Notes under the pieces: model-generated
The model's input: only the letters and a program-made list of their open reading frames with translations
Databases searched by the model: none
What the model was told of the DNA's origin: nothing
Translations under genes and position numbers: made by a program
Source of the DNA: Octopus sinensis
Taxonomy: Eukaryota
Assembly: GCF_006345805.1 (NCBI RefSeq)
Contig: NC_043005.1
Location: 86,924,001 to 86,988,000, forward strand
Direction of reading: 5' to 3'
Length of the DNA: 64,000 nt
In this document: piece after piece, positions 1 through 11,033 of the stretch
Layout of the letters: each line of letters begins with the position of its first letter
How positions within the stretch are numbered: the stretch's first letter is position 1

Positions 1-449
1 TCCAGTAAATGGATAATTCTCTCCATAAAATATATTCATGTGTTCCTTTAAAATATGTTTCTGATTGAATGTATTCATCAAGTAACATATCTTGTTTACA
101 ATGGGTTATATTGTTATATTTTTTGTAAGAGCGCCAACTTGAACAGAGAGAAACACCATTCGCCTCTTATGTTAGTCACGTTGACTCTGGAAAATGATAT
201 GAACAAAAAAATACGAACAACCATAAGGCAAAACTCTTAAGAATACATTTAAAGTTTACATATACTTGAAAAGTATTCGTATCGAATCACACATGAATGT
301 GTATGTATATGTATATATATATATATGTGTGTGTGTGTTATGTGTAATCTATATGTATATATAAATGTGTGTGTGTGTCTGTATGTATGTGTAACCTATA
401 TATGTATATAATATATATTTACATATATGTGTGTGTGTTTTGAGCATAT

Positions 450-481
<32 letters not shown>

Positions 482-514
482 ATGCATATGTATATATATA
501 TATATATAATATCT

Positions 515-581
<67 letters not shown>

Positions 582-840
582 TGTACTTCTATCTTTTTTC
601 CACTAGCTATCTTGCTTTATGAATATATACATACATACATACATATATGGTTCAAAATCGTAGAAAAGACAACCATAGAGAGAAGTATGGGAACAAGAGA
701 CAAAGTGTATCAGTTTGACGCTGATCAAAATATGGAAGACACTTTGAGCTTAGGAGACACCAACGCTCTTCTCTTCTTGAAAAATGAATGCGGAGAGGAA
801 ACAATATGGAGATGGGAAGAGAAAATGGAGAGGAAAAAAG

Positions 841-847
841 TCTGTGT

Positions 848-887
<40 letters not shown>

Positions 888-956
888 CTACATATATAAA
901 TATATATCAATATATACACATATATGTATATGTGTGTGTATAGATAGATAGATTGG

Positions 957-995
<39 letters not shown>

Positions 996-996
996 G

Positions 997-1070
<74 letters not shown>

Positions 1071-1095
1071 TTGATATAGAGGCAGATAGACACAC
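841..1095. repeat. (CA)n followed by (GATA)n microsatellite
   Basis: Directly visible tandem CA and GATA runs; they explain the low-complexity YLSI/CV ORFs here. Confidence 0.95.
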
Positions 1096-2395
1096 ATCTA
1101 TATGTGTATCGAAAATGTCATGATGAGAAACCACGTACAGAAAGTAAGATAGGACAGATGATTTGCTTTGTGTAAGGCAATATACCGATTTCTATATACC
1201 TCCTGATAACAAGCATGGCCCTACATTATAATCATCATCATCATCATCATTATTATAATTATTGTATTTTTATTATTACTATTATTATTTTTATTTTTAT
1301 TATTAGAAAACATGCAAGACGTGGACTCCTCCACGCCTCCAAATGGTGATGAGGAGGAATCCCAAAAGTCAAATAAAAAAGAAAGAGACACAGAAAAAGG
1401 CAAACACAGACACACAGATAACAACACCAACACCACCACAAATACCCGCAATAGAATCAAAAACAAAATAAACGGGTGTTTTCTGTATGATGTAATAATT
1501 CTGTTCATGAATAAAAGCACGTTGGAAACAGCTGTAGTATGTAAATCACAACTCATCTGGTATCATTTGTTTAAATACATATTTATATCGATGTATATAT
1601 ATATATATATATATACGATGGGCTTCTTTTAGTTTCCAAATTCTGTCGCAAGACCTAGATCAGTGCGGGTTGCCACACAGAGGGATTGAACCTTGAACCA
1701 CGTGGTTGGGAAGGCAACTTAGCAGCAAACCACATTTCAATTTTTTGCAATAGAATCATACTTTTAAAAATTCCATAAAGAATAAAGCTGGGTTTTAGCT
1801 ATATGAGCTGTATCTCTAAATTATAAAACGCAAAATTCAAACACAGACAGATTATATGGGAGATAAACTATGAAAGCGACTTGAAATCGACAGTTAATGT
1901 AATTTTAATCCACATACGTGGGCCTTGAATGTGTTAGAATCTTCAAACATATTCTGTAAGTATTGATCCTAGCTAAAAGTAGAATGTAACTAAGAAGATA
2001 TGGAATCTCCTTATTAAGCCGAAGATTACCGTGAAACAAAGTTGTCTCATTGACATAGGCGCAGGCAGGACTGTTTGGTAATAAGCTTGATCTGCAATCA
2101 TAGGGCTATGTTGTTCAGTTCTACTGTGAGGTACACTAGTTAAATTTGCTTTACTGTTGATACGAGCCAAGAAATAATTTGTGAAATAAATTATTATACA
2201 GAAACAGTGAGGAGTGCCGTCGTGCATATATATATATATCATATATATATTATAATATATATATATATATATATCATCACAATCAAGGAACGGCCATAAT
2301 AGGCCATTCACCACTAGAAATAACAGCCAAAGCTACAACCGCAAAATAACATCAATTCCGTAAACAGGAGAAAATTAAAAAACATTTACCCTGTA

Positions 2396-2501
2396 ATTTC
2401 TTATACGATGCACCGTTTCATCTACTGTTTAATGGTAAACTAACCTGATTAAATTAAATCAAGCCATCTTCCATTGGCCCTTAGAATCATCAGTAAGAAA
2501 T
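2396..2501 (-). ncRNA. Type I hammerhead ribozyme-like motif, array copy 1
   Basis: Minus strand reads ATTTCTTA-CTGATGA-T-TCTA..TAGA-T-GAA-ACGG-TGCA-TCGT-A-TAAGAAAT: 8-bp stem I, CUGAUGA/GAAA core, GUA site. 10.1/11.1 is U-U rather than the usual G-C. Confidence 0.65.
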
Positions 2502-2885
2502 AGCCAAGTCGGAACAGATATTTTCACGAGGCATTTCCGTCCCTGCCTCGGCAATATCTGACCAAATTTTCAAATCATTTCACATTTCACTCGCGCCAAA
2601 TTATCGGCAGCAAATAAATATAAGCCGCCGATTCCATTACGGAATTAACCAGAAAATTCATAATTAATCAATATAGGGTGGCAAAAAATTTTGTAGAATT
2701 TTTTTGCCACCAGCGGCCTAGTGGGAAAAAATTAAATAGTCATAGACCATTTTTAAGTTCAACATCACAATCAAGGAACGGCCATAATAGGCCATTCACC
2801 CACTAGAAATAACAGCCAAAGCTTCAACCGCAAAATAACATCAATTCCGTAAACCAGGAGAAAATTAAAAAACATTTACCCTGTA

Positions 2886-2991
2886 ATTTCTTATACGATG
2901 CACCGTTTCATCTACTGTTTAATGGTAAACTAACCTGATTAAATTAAATCAAGCCAATCTTCCATAGGCCCTTAGAATCATCAGTAGAAAT
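2886..2991 (-). ncRNA. Hammerhead-like motif, array copy 2
   Basis: Same motif 490 bp downstream, with a one-base deletion in the 5' stem I strand. Confidence 0.55.
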
Positions 2992-3422
2992 AGCCAAGTC
3001 GCGAAACAGATATTTTCACGAGGCATTTCCGTCCCTGCCTCGGCAATATCTGACCTAAAATTTTCAAATCATCGCACTCGCGCCAAATTTATCGGCAGCA
3101 AATAAATATAAGCCGCCGATTCCATTACGGAATTAACCAGAAAATTCATAATTAATCAATATAGGGTGGCAAAAAATTTGTGTAGAATTTTTTTGCCACC
3201 AGCGGCCTAGTGGAAAAAGTTAAATAGTCATAGACCATTTTTAAGTTCAATCATATATTGATTAATTATGAATTTTCTGGTTAATTCCGTAATGGAATCG
3301 GCGGCTTATATTTATTTGCTGCCGATAAATTTGGCGCGAGTGCGATGATTTGAAAATTTTAGGTCAGATATTGCCGAGGCAGGACGGAAATGCCTCGTGA
3401 AAATATCTGTTCCGACTTGGCT

Positions 3423-3528
3423 ATTTCTTACTGATGATTCTAAGGGCCTATGGAAGATTGGCTTGATTAATTTAATCAGGTTAGTTTACCATTAAACAGT
3501 AGATGAAACGGTGCATCGTATAAGAAAT
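3423..3528 (+). ncRNA. Hammerhead-like motif, array copy 3
   Basis: ATTTCTTA 3423-3430, CTGATGA 3431-3437, GAAA 3505-3508, GTA 3518-3520, TAAGAAAT 3521-3528. Confidence 0.65.
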
Positions 3529-3906
3529 TACAGGGTAAATGTTTTTTAATTTTCTCCTGGTTTACGGAATTGATGTTATTTTGCGGTTGAAGCTTTGGCT
3601 GTTATTCTAGTGGGTGAATGGCCTATTATGGCCGTTCCTTGATTGTGATGTTGAACTTAAAAATGGTCTATGACTATTTAATTTTTTCCCACTAGGCCGC
3701 TGGTGGCAAAAAAATTCTACAAAATTTTTTGCCACCCTATATTGATTAATTATGAATTTTCTGGTTAATTCCGTAATGGAATCGGCGGCTTATATTTATT
3801 TGCTGCCGATAAATTTGGCGCGAGTGCGATGATTTGAAAATTTTAGGTCAGATATTGCCGAGGCAGGACGGAAATGCCTCGTGAAAATATCTGTTCCGAC
3901 TTGGCT

Positions 3907-4012
3907 ATTTCTTACTGATGATTCTAAGGGCCTATGAAGATTGGCTTGATTTAATTTAATCAGGTTAGTTTACCATTAAACAGTAGATGAAACGGTGCAT
4001 CGTATAAGAAAT
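3907..4012 (+). ncRNA. Hammerhead-like motif, array copy 4
   Basis: CTGATGA 3915-3921, GAAA 3989-3992, GTA 4002-4004, TAAGAAAT 4005-4012. Confidence 0.65.
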
Positions 4013-4022
4013 TACAGGGTAA

Positions 4023-4085
4023 TCGAAACCACGATCCTACGACTGCGAGTCAACTGTCCTAACTACTAGGCCAATGTGCCTCCAC
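4023..4085 (-). mobile_element. SINE-B tRNA-like head fragment
   Basis: Reverse complement of GGAGGCGCAATGGCC...GGTTTCGATT seen in full at 15071; it truncates the HHR array. Confidence 0.7.
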
Positions 4086-4444
4086 TTGTACCTGTAATTA
4101 CTATACTAATGAATATAAATACTATTTTCTATTCATTTTTAATTGTTTCTCTCTGTGGACTGCGCCAATGCAACACCGACTTCAAGGGTTTTAGTAAATC
4201 AAACCGATCGCAGTAGGCGTAATCTTTTTTTTTTTTCTTTTTTGTGCCGAACCGCTTGGGTACAGAGACGCAAATAAAACAACACCGGTTGCCAAGAGGT
4301 GTCGTCGATGCCATTGTTAGTCTTCTTAACCCACAAATAAATTATATATGTATGTGTGTTTATATGCATAAATTGTACGCACTCACACACACACAAACAC
4401 ATATATATATAAATATACTTATATGTATATATCTTTTATATTTT

Positions 4445-4627
4445 AATTGTTTCATTCATTAGACTAGGGTCATGCTAGAGCACAGCCTTTTACTCGAAAG
4501 GATCGACCCTGAGACATTTTTAAGCTTAATATCTATACTATCGGTGTATTTTGTCGAACCACTAGGTTACAGTGACGTCAAAATAGGAGCAACAGTGTCA
4601 AGCATTGGTGTCAAACAAAGACAAACA
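4445..4627 (-). mobile_element. SINE-A 3' half, diverged
   Basis: Matches the reverse complement of the 15630-15810 tail (gctccagcatgg..gactgaaac). Confidence 0.65.
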
Positions 4628-4632
4628 CACAT

Positions 4633-4678
<46 letters not shown>

Positions 4679-4940
4679 TTATATATATATATATTCACTC
4701 GTGAATTTCATCACACACAACAGGGACCAAATTTCTTCTTAAGAAAAAAATATATAAGTAAAACATACTATCATGAATAGCGATAGCGAAACCGGTCGAT
4801 ATATTAAAAATTATATTAAAACTATGTAAGTGTGCGTATTTTCCTGTTTCAATTTCTTATATACATCACAACTCAACTCACCATGTGGGGATAATCGAAA
4901 TTCCTATTTTCTGTTACTACTACTTTATATATTATATATA

Positions 4941-4991
<51 letters not shown>

Positions 4992-4994
<3 letters not shown>

Positions 4995-5180
4995 AGAGTT
5001 TACGAAAAAAACAAAAGACGAAGACAGGTGGTGTACAAAACAAACAGATGTATAAGTATAACGCTCAGGATTAGAAAAAGTCTTTTACGTTTCGAGCCTA
5101 CGCTCTTCTACAGATAGGGACACAGAAAAAAAGAAGAGAATAAAGGAGAGAGAAAAAAGAGAGAAAAAACAAGGAGAGAA
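4992..5180 (-). mobile_element. ~190-bp (TA)n-flanked element with variant minimal hammerhead motif
   Basis: Homologous to 62400-62568. Contains CTGTAGAA-GAGC-GTAG-GCTC-GAA-ACGT-A at 5081-5118 (-). Confidence 0.6.
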
Positions 5181-5189
5181 AATATATAT

Positions 5190-5347
5190 ACGACAAGCTT
5201 CTTTTCGTTTTCCAAATCCATTCGCAAGGCTCTGGTAAGTAGATTTTGTAGAGGCTATAGTAAAATAGACTTGCCCGAAGTGCAATGTAGTGCGACTGAA
5301 CCCCGAACCAAGAGGTTGAGAAGCAAACCACTTACCACACAGCCATG
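5190..5347 (-). mobile_element. SINE-A 5' half
   Basis: Reverse complement of tggctgtgtggtaag..ggttcagtcccact.. head. Confidence 0.75.
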
Positions 5348-5599
5348 TCTGTGCTTTTATACATATGTGGGTATTTATGCATATATATATACATGTTTGT
5401 GTGTGTGCATATATATTCCAAAGAGGGCTTTATATGTTATGATGATATTTTGACTGCTATATCTATGTTCCCATGGGGCTATAGCAGAAGATATTTTACA
5501 CAAGCTCTATGCAGGGTAATTCAAACCGAATTTCTATGAAGTGTTGGAGAAAGTTGCTTCACCGCACAAGCCAGACCCCACTCAGCATGTGTGTGTGTG

Positions 5600-5915
5600 T
5601 GTATGTTATATATTTTAATTGTTATAAATCTCCCACTGAGGAGGGAGCCGATTTCTGACAAACATACAAAGCTCCATCTTTGGGATGTAGTTGCCACAGG
5701 CAAATTCATATTTGGAACTTGAGAAGTGTCTTGCATATTTTTACTCTTCCACTCACAGATCGCACTTGTAATGTACGAATTTGTCGGACGATTTCTCTGT
5801 CTTAGAATCCCATTTTATCCTGGTTCTCCTTTAAGCATTTACTAACAAAGCCTAGTGCTTCAAGAATATGAATATTAATCACATTACTGTAACCTAGTAG
5901 TTCGGCAAAATACGT
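5600..5915 (-). mobile_element. R4/Dong-type (RLE) LINE 3' fragment
   Basis: Encodes ..ILEALGFVSKCLKENQDKMGF; C-terminus and 3' UTR are homologous to 13165-13650. Confidence 0.7.
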
Positions 5916-6030
5916 CGACAGAATAAGTATCTGGTTATGTGTATATATGTGTGTATGTATAACAGCATGTGAGTGTGTGTATGTGTAAGTACGTTTTTTT
6001 GTGCGTTTGTGTGTATGTGTGTCAATGAAC

Positions 6031-6149
<119 letters not shown>

Positions 6150-6243
6150 TAGATAGATAGGTAGATAGATAGATAGAAACGCATATATATATATACATAT
6201 ATAGATAGGTAGGTAGATAGATAGAAACCCATATATATATATA

Positions 6244-6294
<51 letters not shown>

Positions 6295-6344
6295 TAGATA
6301 GATAGAAAGACAGACAGACAAATATATAGGTAGATATATAGATA

Positions 6345-6885
6345 TGTTTCTTTATTAGCCACACAGGGCTGCACACAGATAGAACAAATTGCAAGGTAGA
6401 GCTTTTCTTTTGAAGGTTTAAAAAAAAAAAAAAAGAAAAAATAGGTAGGGGGTGTTTCGATCAAAAGGGATCGTAAAAGGAGAGAAAGAGGACAAAAAAA
6501 GGGGGGTTAAAAAAAAGGGGGAGAGGAAGAAAAAAAGAGAAAAAAAAAAAAAATTGATCAATAGGGATCGTTATCACAGAAATGTCAATATGAAGTGTAA
6601 AGGGGAGGACAGGTGAGGTTTACCCGTGGAAAGAAAAGCCTACGGAAAAGACCACGGTAACCTCGGTCAATGGAGTCACATGTTATATTTCTTTTTTTTT
6701 TTTTTTTTGCAAATAAGCAACTCTCTGTTTTCAATTTCTGGGTTCATAGGATCATGCTCAAGGTGGCTTCGTCATTCATACGTGCCATTCTTGCTACATT
6801 CACCCATCTTTTTTTAAAACATTCGCTAGACAAAACTTGCCTCTCTACTCTCACTTTCCTTTTCAAGTGGTACTTGAAAAGGTAG
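6345..6885 (-). mobile_element. Tx1/L1-like LINE 3' end inside (GATA)n
   Basis: ORF end FKYHLKRKVRVERQVLSSECFKKRWVNVARMARMNDEATLSMIL*, then a 3' UTR ending AATAAAGAAAC plus (TATC)n. The extreme 3' end recurs at 45355-45480. Clade call is from memory of L1/Tx1 C-termini. Confidence 0.6.
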
Positions 6886-6901
6886 ATATATAGATAGATA
6901 G

Positions 6902-7033
<132 letters not shown>

Positions 7034-7049
7034 GTAAAAACCCAGACAT

Positions 7050-7420
7050 AGGCAAAGCTGAATCGTTGACTTATAAGCCGGCCGTAACTGTTCATCGCCC
7101 AATATTTCTCTCGTTTCAATCGTAATTACTTCATAACTTCGACAACAGACAGCTGCCCAAACGAAAATAACCGTCAACAATGCTATTTTTCTCTATACAT
7201 CGTCTCCTCTTTAACGAAACAGATTTCTCCATAATCATTCATATTAAATCCACCCAGAAACAGTTCTCAAAAGCCCGATAAACATCGCATTAATTAAATC
7301 CTGTTATGTCGTCCCTTTCTACTTTGAAGGGAACGAGGTGTTAAATTCGTAGGAAATGGGTTTCTGTTTAAATGTCTTTTCATATTTATGTAATATGATT
7401 TAATCCGAAACGGTGAACGC
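7050..7420 (-). pseudogene. Highly decayed Tc1/mariner-type transposase fragment
   Basis: Broken frames give FLGGFN..N, VWAAV and EKYWAM pieces resembling the FxLxGxVNxQN..VWAAV..ERYxxM order. Confidence 0.3.
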
Positions 7421-7904
7421 TCACCACGCGTTTACAATGAAATCAAATTAATATATAATTTAAGAGCGAATAAAGTGATTCGATAGATCCATATCCTTTG
7501 TGGCGTTGCCTGTTGATCAATGGAAAATTATCAGATAACTAAAATTGTCTGAGAAGCTACAATATTTATCAAGCGTTGATGTATATCTAAATACGCTAAT
7601 AAAATCCCAATGTTCTTGTATGTCATTTACATTACCATAAAATTTATTGGAACGAAACTACTCAGATTTATGTCTGTCGCCTTTAAGTTTTCTATGCAAC
7701 AGTCGTCGGACACTTACGGTCATATTAACACCATTAATCAAAAGTTTGAATAGAAATTGAAAAGAAAGAGACAGGAAGAGCTGGGGTAGAGACGACGTGT
7801 CATAGATAACGTTGCATATGACGACAAAAGGATTCCGATGAGACTTGCTGTTGATGAGTCATTGTTCTAGATCCCAGTGTTCAGTTGGAACTTATTTAAT
7901 GGAC

Positions 7905-8022
7905 ATCGAACGGGAGAATGATGAAGTTGACCATGGTGAATTTGAACTCAGAAAATTAAGTCCGAAAGAAGTACCGCTAAACATTTTGTCCAGATTACCG
8001 ATTCTGCTTGCTCGCCATCCTA
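7905..8022 (-). mobile_element. SINE-D head, diverged
   Basis: gaatttgaactcag..taccgctaaacatt..ctcgcc matches the reverse complement of 57490-57570. Confidence 0.55.
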
Positions 8023-8299
8023 TGAGGTGAATATTAATAACAGAGGAATTGAAACAGAACTGGTGTGATTGATTTCACGTGCATAATGACCTTCCAAAGG
8101 ACGCAGGAGAAGATAAATTCCTCCCCAAAATTTGATCATCGAAATGAGATATATGAATAACACCACGTAGTACTTTCCATCGTTTATTTATTTATGCGCC
8201 CTTTTCAAGCCTAATCAGGACCATGGGCACGGTTTACCGGTTTCTGTGGCGTATGTGTCCCTCCCCAACTGGAAGGGACGCCAGTCCATCGCAGCGTTG

Positions 8300-8499
8300 T
8301 CCAAGAAACAGGTAGAAAGTGTGGGAGAAAGTTGGGGCGAAAGAGTACAACAGAAGTCGCCACCACCTCCTGCCAGAGCTTCGTGGAGCTTTAGGTGTTT
8401 TCACTCAATAAACACACACAACACCCGGTCTAGGAATCGAAACCGCGATCCTCCGACCGCGGGTCCGCTGCCCTAACAACTGGGCCATTGCGCCTCCAC
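8300..8499 (-). mobile_element. SINE-B
   Basis: Clear match to the reverse complement of 15071-15250. Confidence 0.85.
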
Positions 8500-8574
8500 A
8501 CTTCTATCGTAGTAGAACTTTTCCTGTAAATTTCTACGATATTCTATTTAGATAGACTTTTTGGATGTGGATAC

Positions 8575-8690
8575 GCATGACCTAGTGGTTAGAGCAGCGG
8601 ACTTGTGGTCGAGGGATCGCAGGTTCGAATCGCAGACAGGTAATGTGTGATTATGAGCGAAACCCCTAAGCTCCACACGGCTTCTTTTTG
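8575..8690 (+). mobile_element. SINE-B head, diverged
   Basis: tRNA-like A box (tagtggttag) and B box (ggttcgaatc), then the gagcgaaa..taagctccac body. Confidence 0.65.
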
Positions 8691-8703
8691 TAAATTCTCA
8701 CTG

Positions 8704-8737
<34 letters not shown>

Positions 8738-8738
8738 C

Positions 8739-8775
<37 letters not shown>

Positions 8776-10376
8776 GTGTGTGCTGGTGCGTGTGTGCATA
8801 TATAGTCCATATCAATTAGTCTGACAATATATTTGTTTCGCTTATAGCCCTTCGGGATTAGGGATTAAATATCTTATCTTCTCTAAAAGTTATCTTCCTA
8901 TACTTTATCCTGCGCGGCCGAACGAAGCTTCTTTGGAAATTGGAAACCCCTGGAATATGTGTGTGTGTGTGTGTGTGGTCGCGTGCGCGCGTGCGTGTGT
9001 GTGTGTGTGTGTGTGTAGATGGATGGATGGATATTGAAGCAACTACCCTTTAATATTACTCTCGACTTCTGTTGAAGAATCGTTTCCACCGGATCCATGT
9101 TTTCATCTTTATCATTTCTCAGGCTTGAACTATTACTAATGATATTTTCATTGGCTTTTTTTCTCTCAATGCTGTATAACGAGGTGCAGTTTATAAATTT
9201 CGTTTACTTTTTTTCTACAAAACAAGATTTTACTGAAAGATTGCAAGCAAAACCATTAACTCATAGTTACATTCCGTCTTCACTAGATTCCTGTAACTCT
9301 TTGATTCTGCTACGGACTTCGTAACAGATTTATGATATGAAAACCAGACATAATAGAATACCAAGTAAATATCACACTTACTAAGGGTGAAAATTAACAG
9401 CAACCATTTTTGATATATCTCTGGAGATTTATTTCAATTCTCTGCCAAATATTTCCGTATAATTATACACCAAACAAAATTTTGGAGCATTGACACGCGA
9501 GGTTCAGTACACATGTGGCGTTTGAAAAGAACAACGACAACAACAACATCAATAGCAATCTTCGCAGAAGCAACATAAATGGCTGTACATAAACTGCGAT
9601 ACTAGAAAATCAGAAAGTAGCAGAAGCAAAAAGAGAAATAAGAATTAAAACAACAGGACCTCCTACGAAGGTTAACATTTATACAATTATTTTAAAATAA
9701 CAAGTTCCAGCAACCAAATATCTCGAAAATTATAGAGCCTCTAATACAAATAGCTACGAAATATATTATTTATCCAACAAAATCACCGATGTAAAATGGA
9801 AACTGAGTTAAGAGAATAGTTACGGGAATATAAAACAGTTATATAAATAGAACATACATCAAAAAGTAAACTTCATATACAATTTTGAAACTTCAATTGT
9901 AAAACGTTTGGAAAGAAGGAAGGATTCTTTGGAGCCAAACCTCGTTGTTTATTAAGAAAATATTTTATAAAGATGAAAGAAGTATTACAGAACAACCAGA
10001 GAGCAATAAGGAAACATCTACAACAAAATATAAATATATATAATAAATGAAAAATGCATGGTAAATAAATAACGATATAAAAAGCGGACACGCATACAAC
10101 CGGATGGGAGACAGACACTGAGGTCACTAATTCTTCATCAGTCAGCAACCAAATGGTGATACAACTCCGGTTGTATACGTCTAGGCTTTTTTGTTTATCT
10201 GTCTTTGTTTATTTACTACGCATTTTTTCATTTCTTAAGGAATGGTAAGCACGTACACCACTTTTGTTAACAGTAAATATATATATATATATATATAATA
10301 TAACATAAAATTTTTCGAAAAAAAATTCTATCAATGGCCAGCATATTAAAAATACCTTTAAAGGTTGAATTTATAA

Positions 10377-10506
10377 ACAACTTATAAACAAGGGCAAAAG
10401 AAAAAAAAATTATAATGCTAAATGTGCCCATACGGTTATTGATGATTTAAGTCTGTTTTCAGCATATTTGGCATTAGAAATTTTTTTGTCCTTGTTTATA
10501 AGTTGT
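10377..10506. repeat. Imperfect palindrome (MITE-like foldback)
   Basis: acaacttataaacaagg..aatgctaaatgtgc pairs with gcatatttggcatt..ccttgtttataagttgt; loop ~34 nt. Confidence 0.6.
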
Positions 10507-10517
10507 ATATATATACT

Positions 10518-10774
10518 ACTGCTGTTGCTACTGCCACAGCTAAGCTGCTACAACCAATGAGGTGCTGCAACCCCAACCACCACCACGGTTACTACTACTA
10601 CGACCAACAGTCACTGCTGCTACGGCCATTTCAGCCACTGGTCATTCTACTGCTGCTACTGCCACAGCCAAGCTGCTAGAACCAATGAGCTGCTGCAACC
10701 CCAACCACCACCACGATTACTACTACTACGACAAACATTCACTGCTGCTACTACCATTTCAGTCCCTGGTCATT
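10518..10774. repeat. 128-bp tandem dimer of trinucleotide-derived sequence
   Basis: gccacagc at 10533 and 10661; the two units are near-identical. Confidence 0.85.
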
Positions 10775-10975
10775 CGGACACATAAGACAGCTAAAAACAA
10801 CCACGTGGATTCTGTTGAGACCAGTAAGGAACAATTATGAACTTTTTTATTACACTTAACTATTTAGAATACTTTTGATAAGGTTCGTTTTTTTTCAAGA
10901 AGAAACGAAACATGTAAAATTTCTAAGAAAATTAAAATTTATCTTATATAGTGGAGTTTTCAAACTTCTTTATAT

Positions 10976-11033
<58 letters not shown>

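Larger units (their letters stand above)
2274..4022. repeat. Tandem plus inverted array of a ~485-490 bp unit (retrozyme/Penelope pLTR-like)
   Basis: Unit 2274-2762 repeats at 2763-3250. 3255-4022 is the reverse complement of ~2387-3163 (about 770-bp arms, ~90-bp spacer). Each unit carries an HHR motif. Confidence 0.9.

Noticed and set aside
1340-1372. Possible minimal hammerhead (GTGATGA-GGA-GGAA-TCC-CAAAA-GTC)
   Set aside because: Three core mismatches and no stem I; chance or too decayed to support.
7845-8030. 61-aa ORF that looks protein-like
   Set aside because: Mostly the antisense reading of a diverged SINE-D head.
10086-10180. 15-bp inverted repeat enclosing a minus-strand CTGATGA
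   Set aside because: No GAAA, stem II or stem I in the right places; kept only as an unexplained hairpin.
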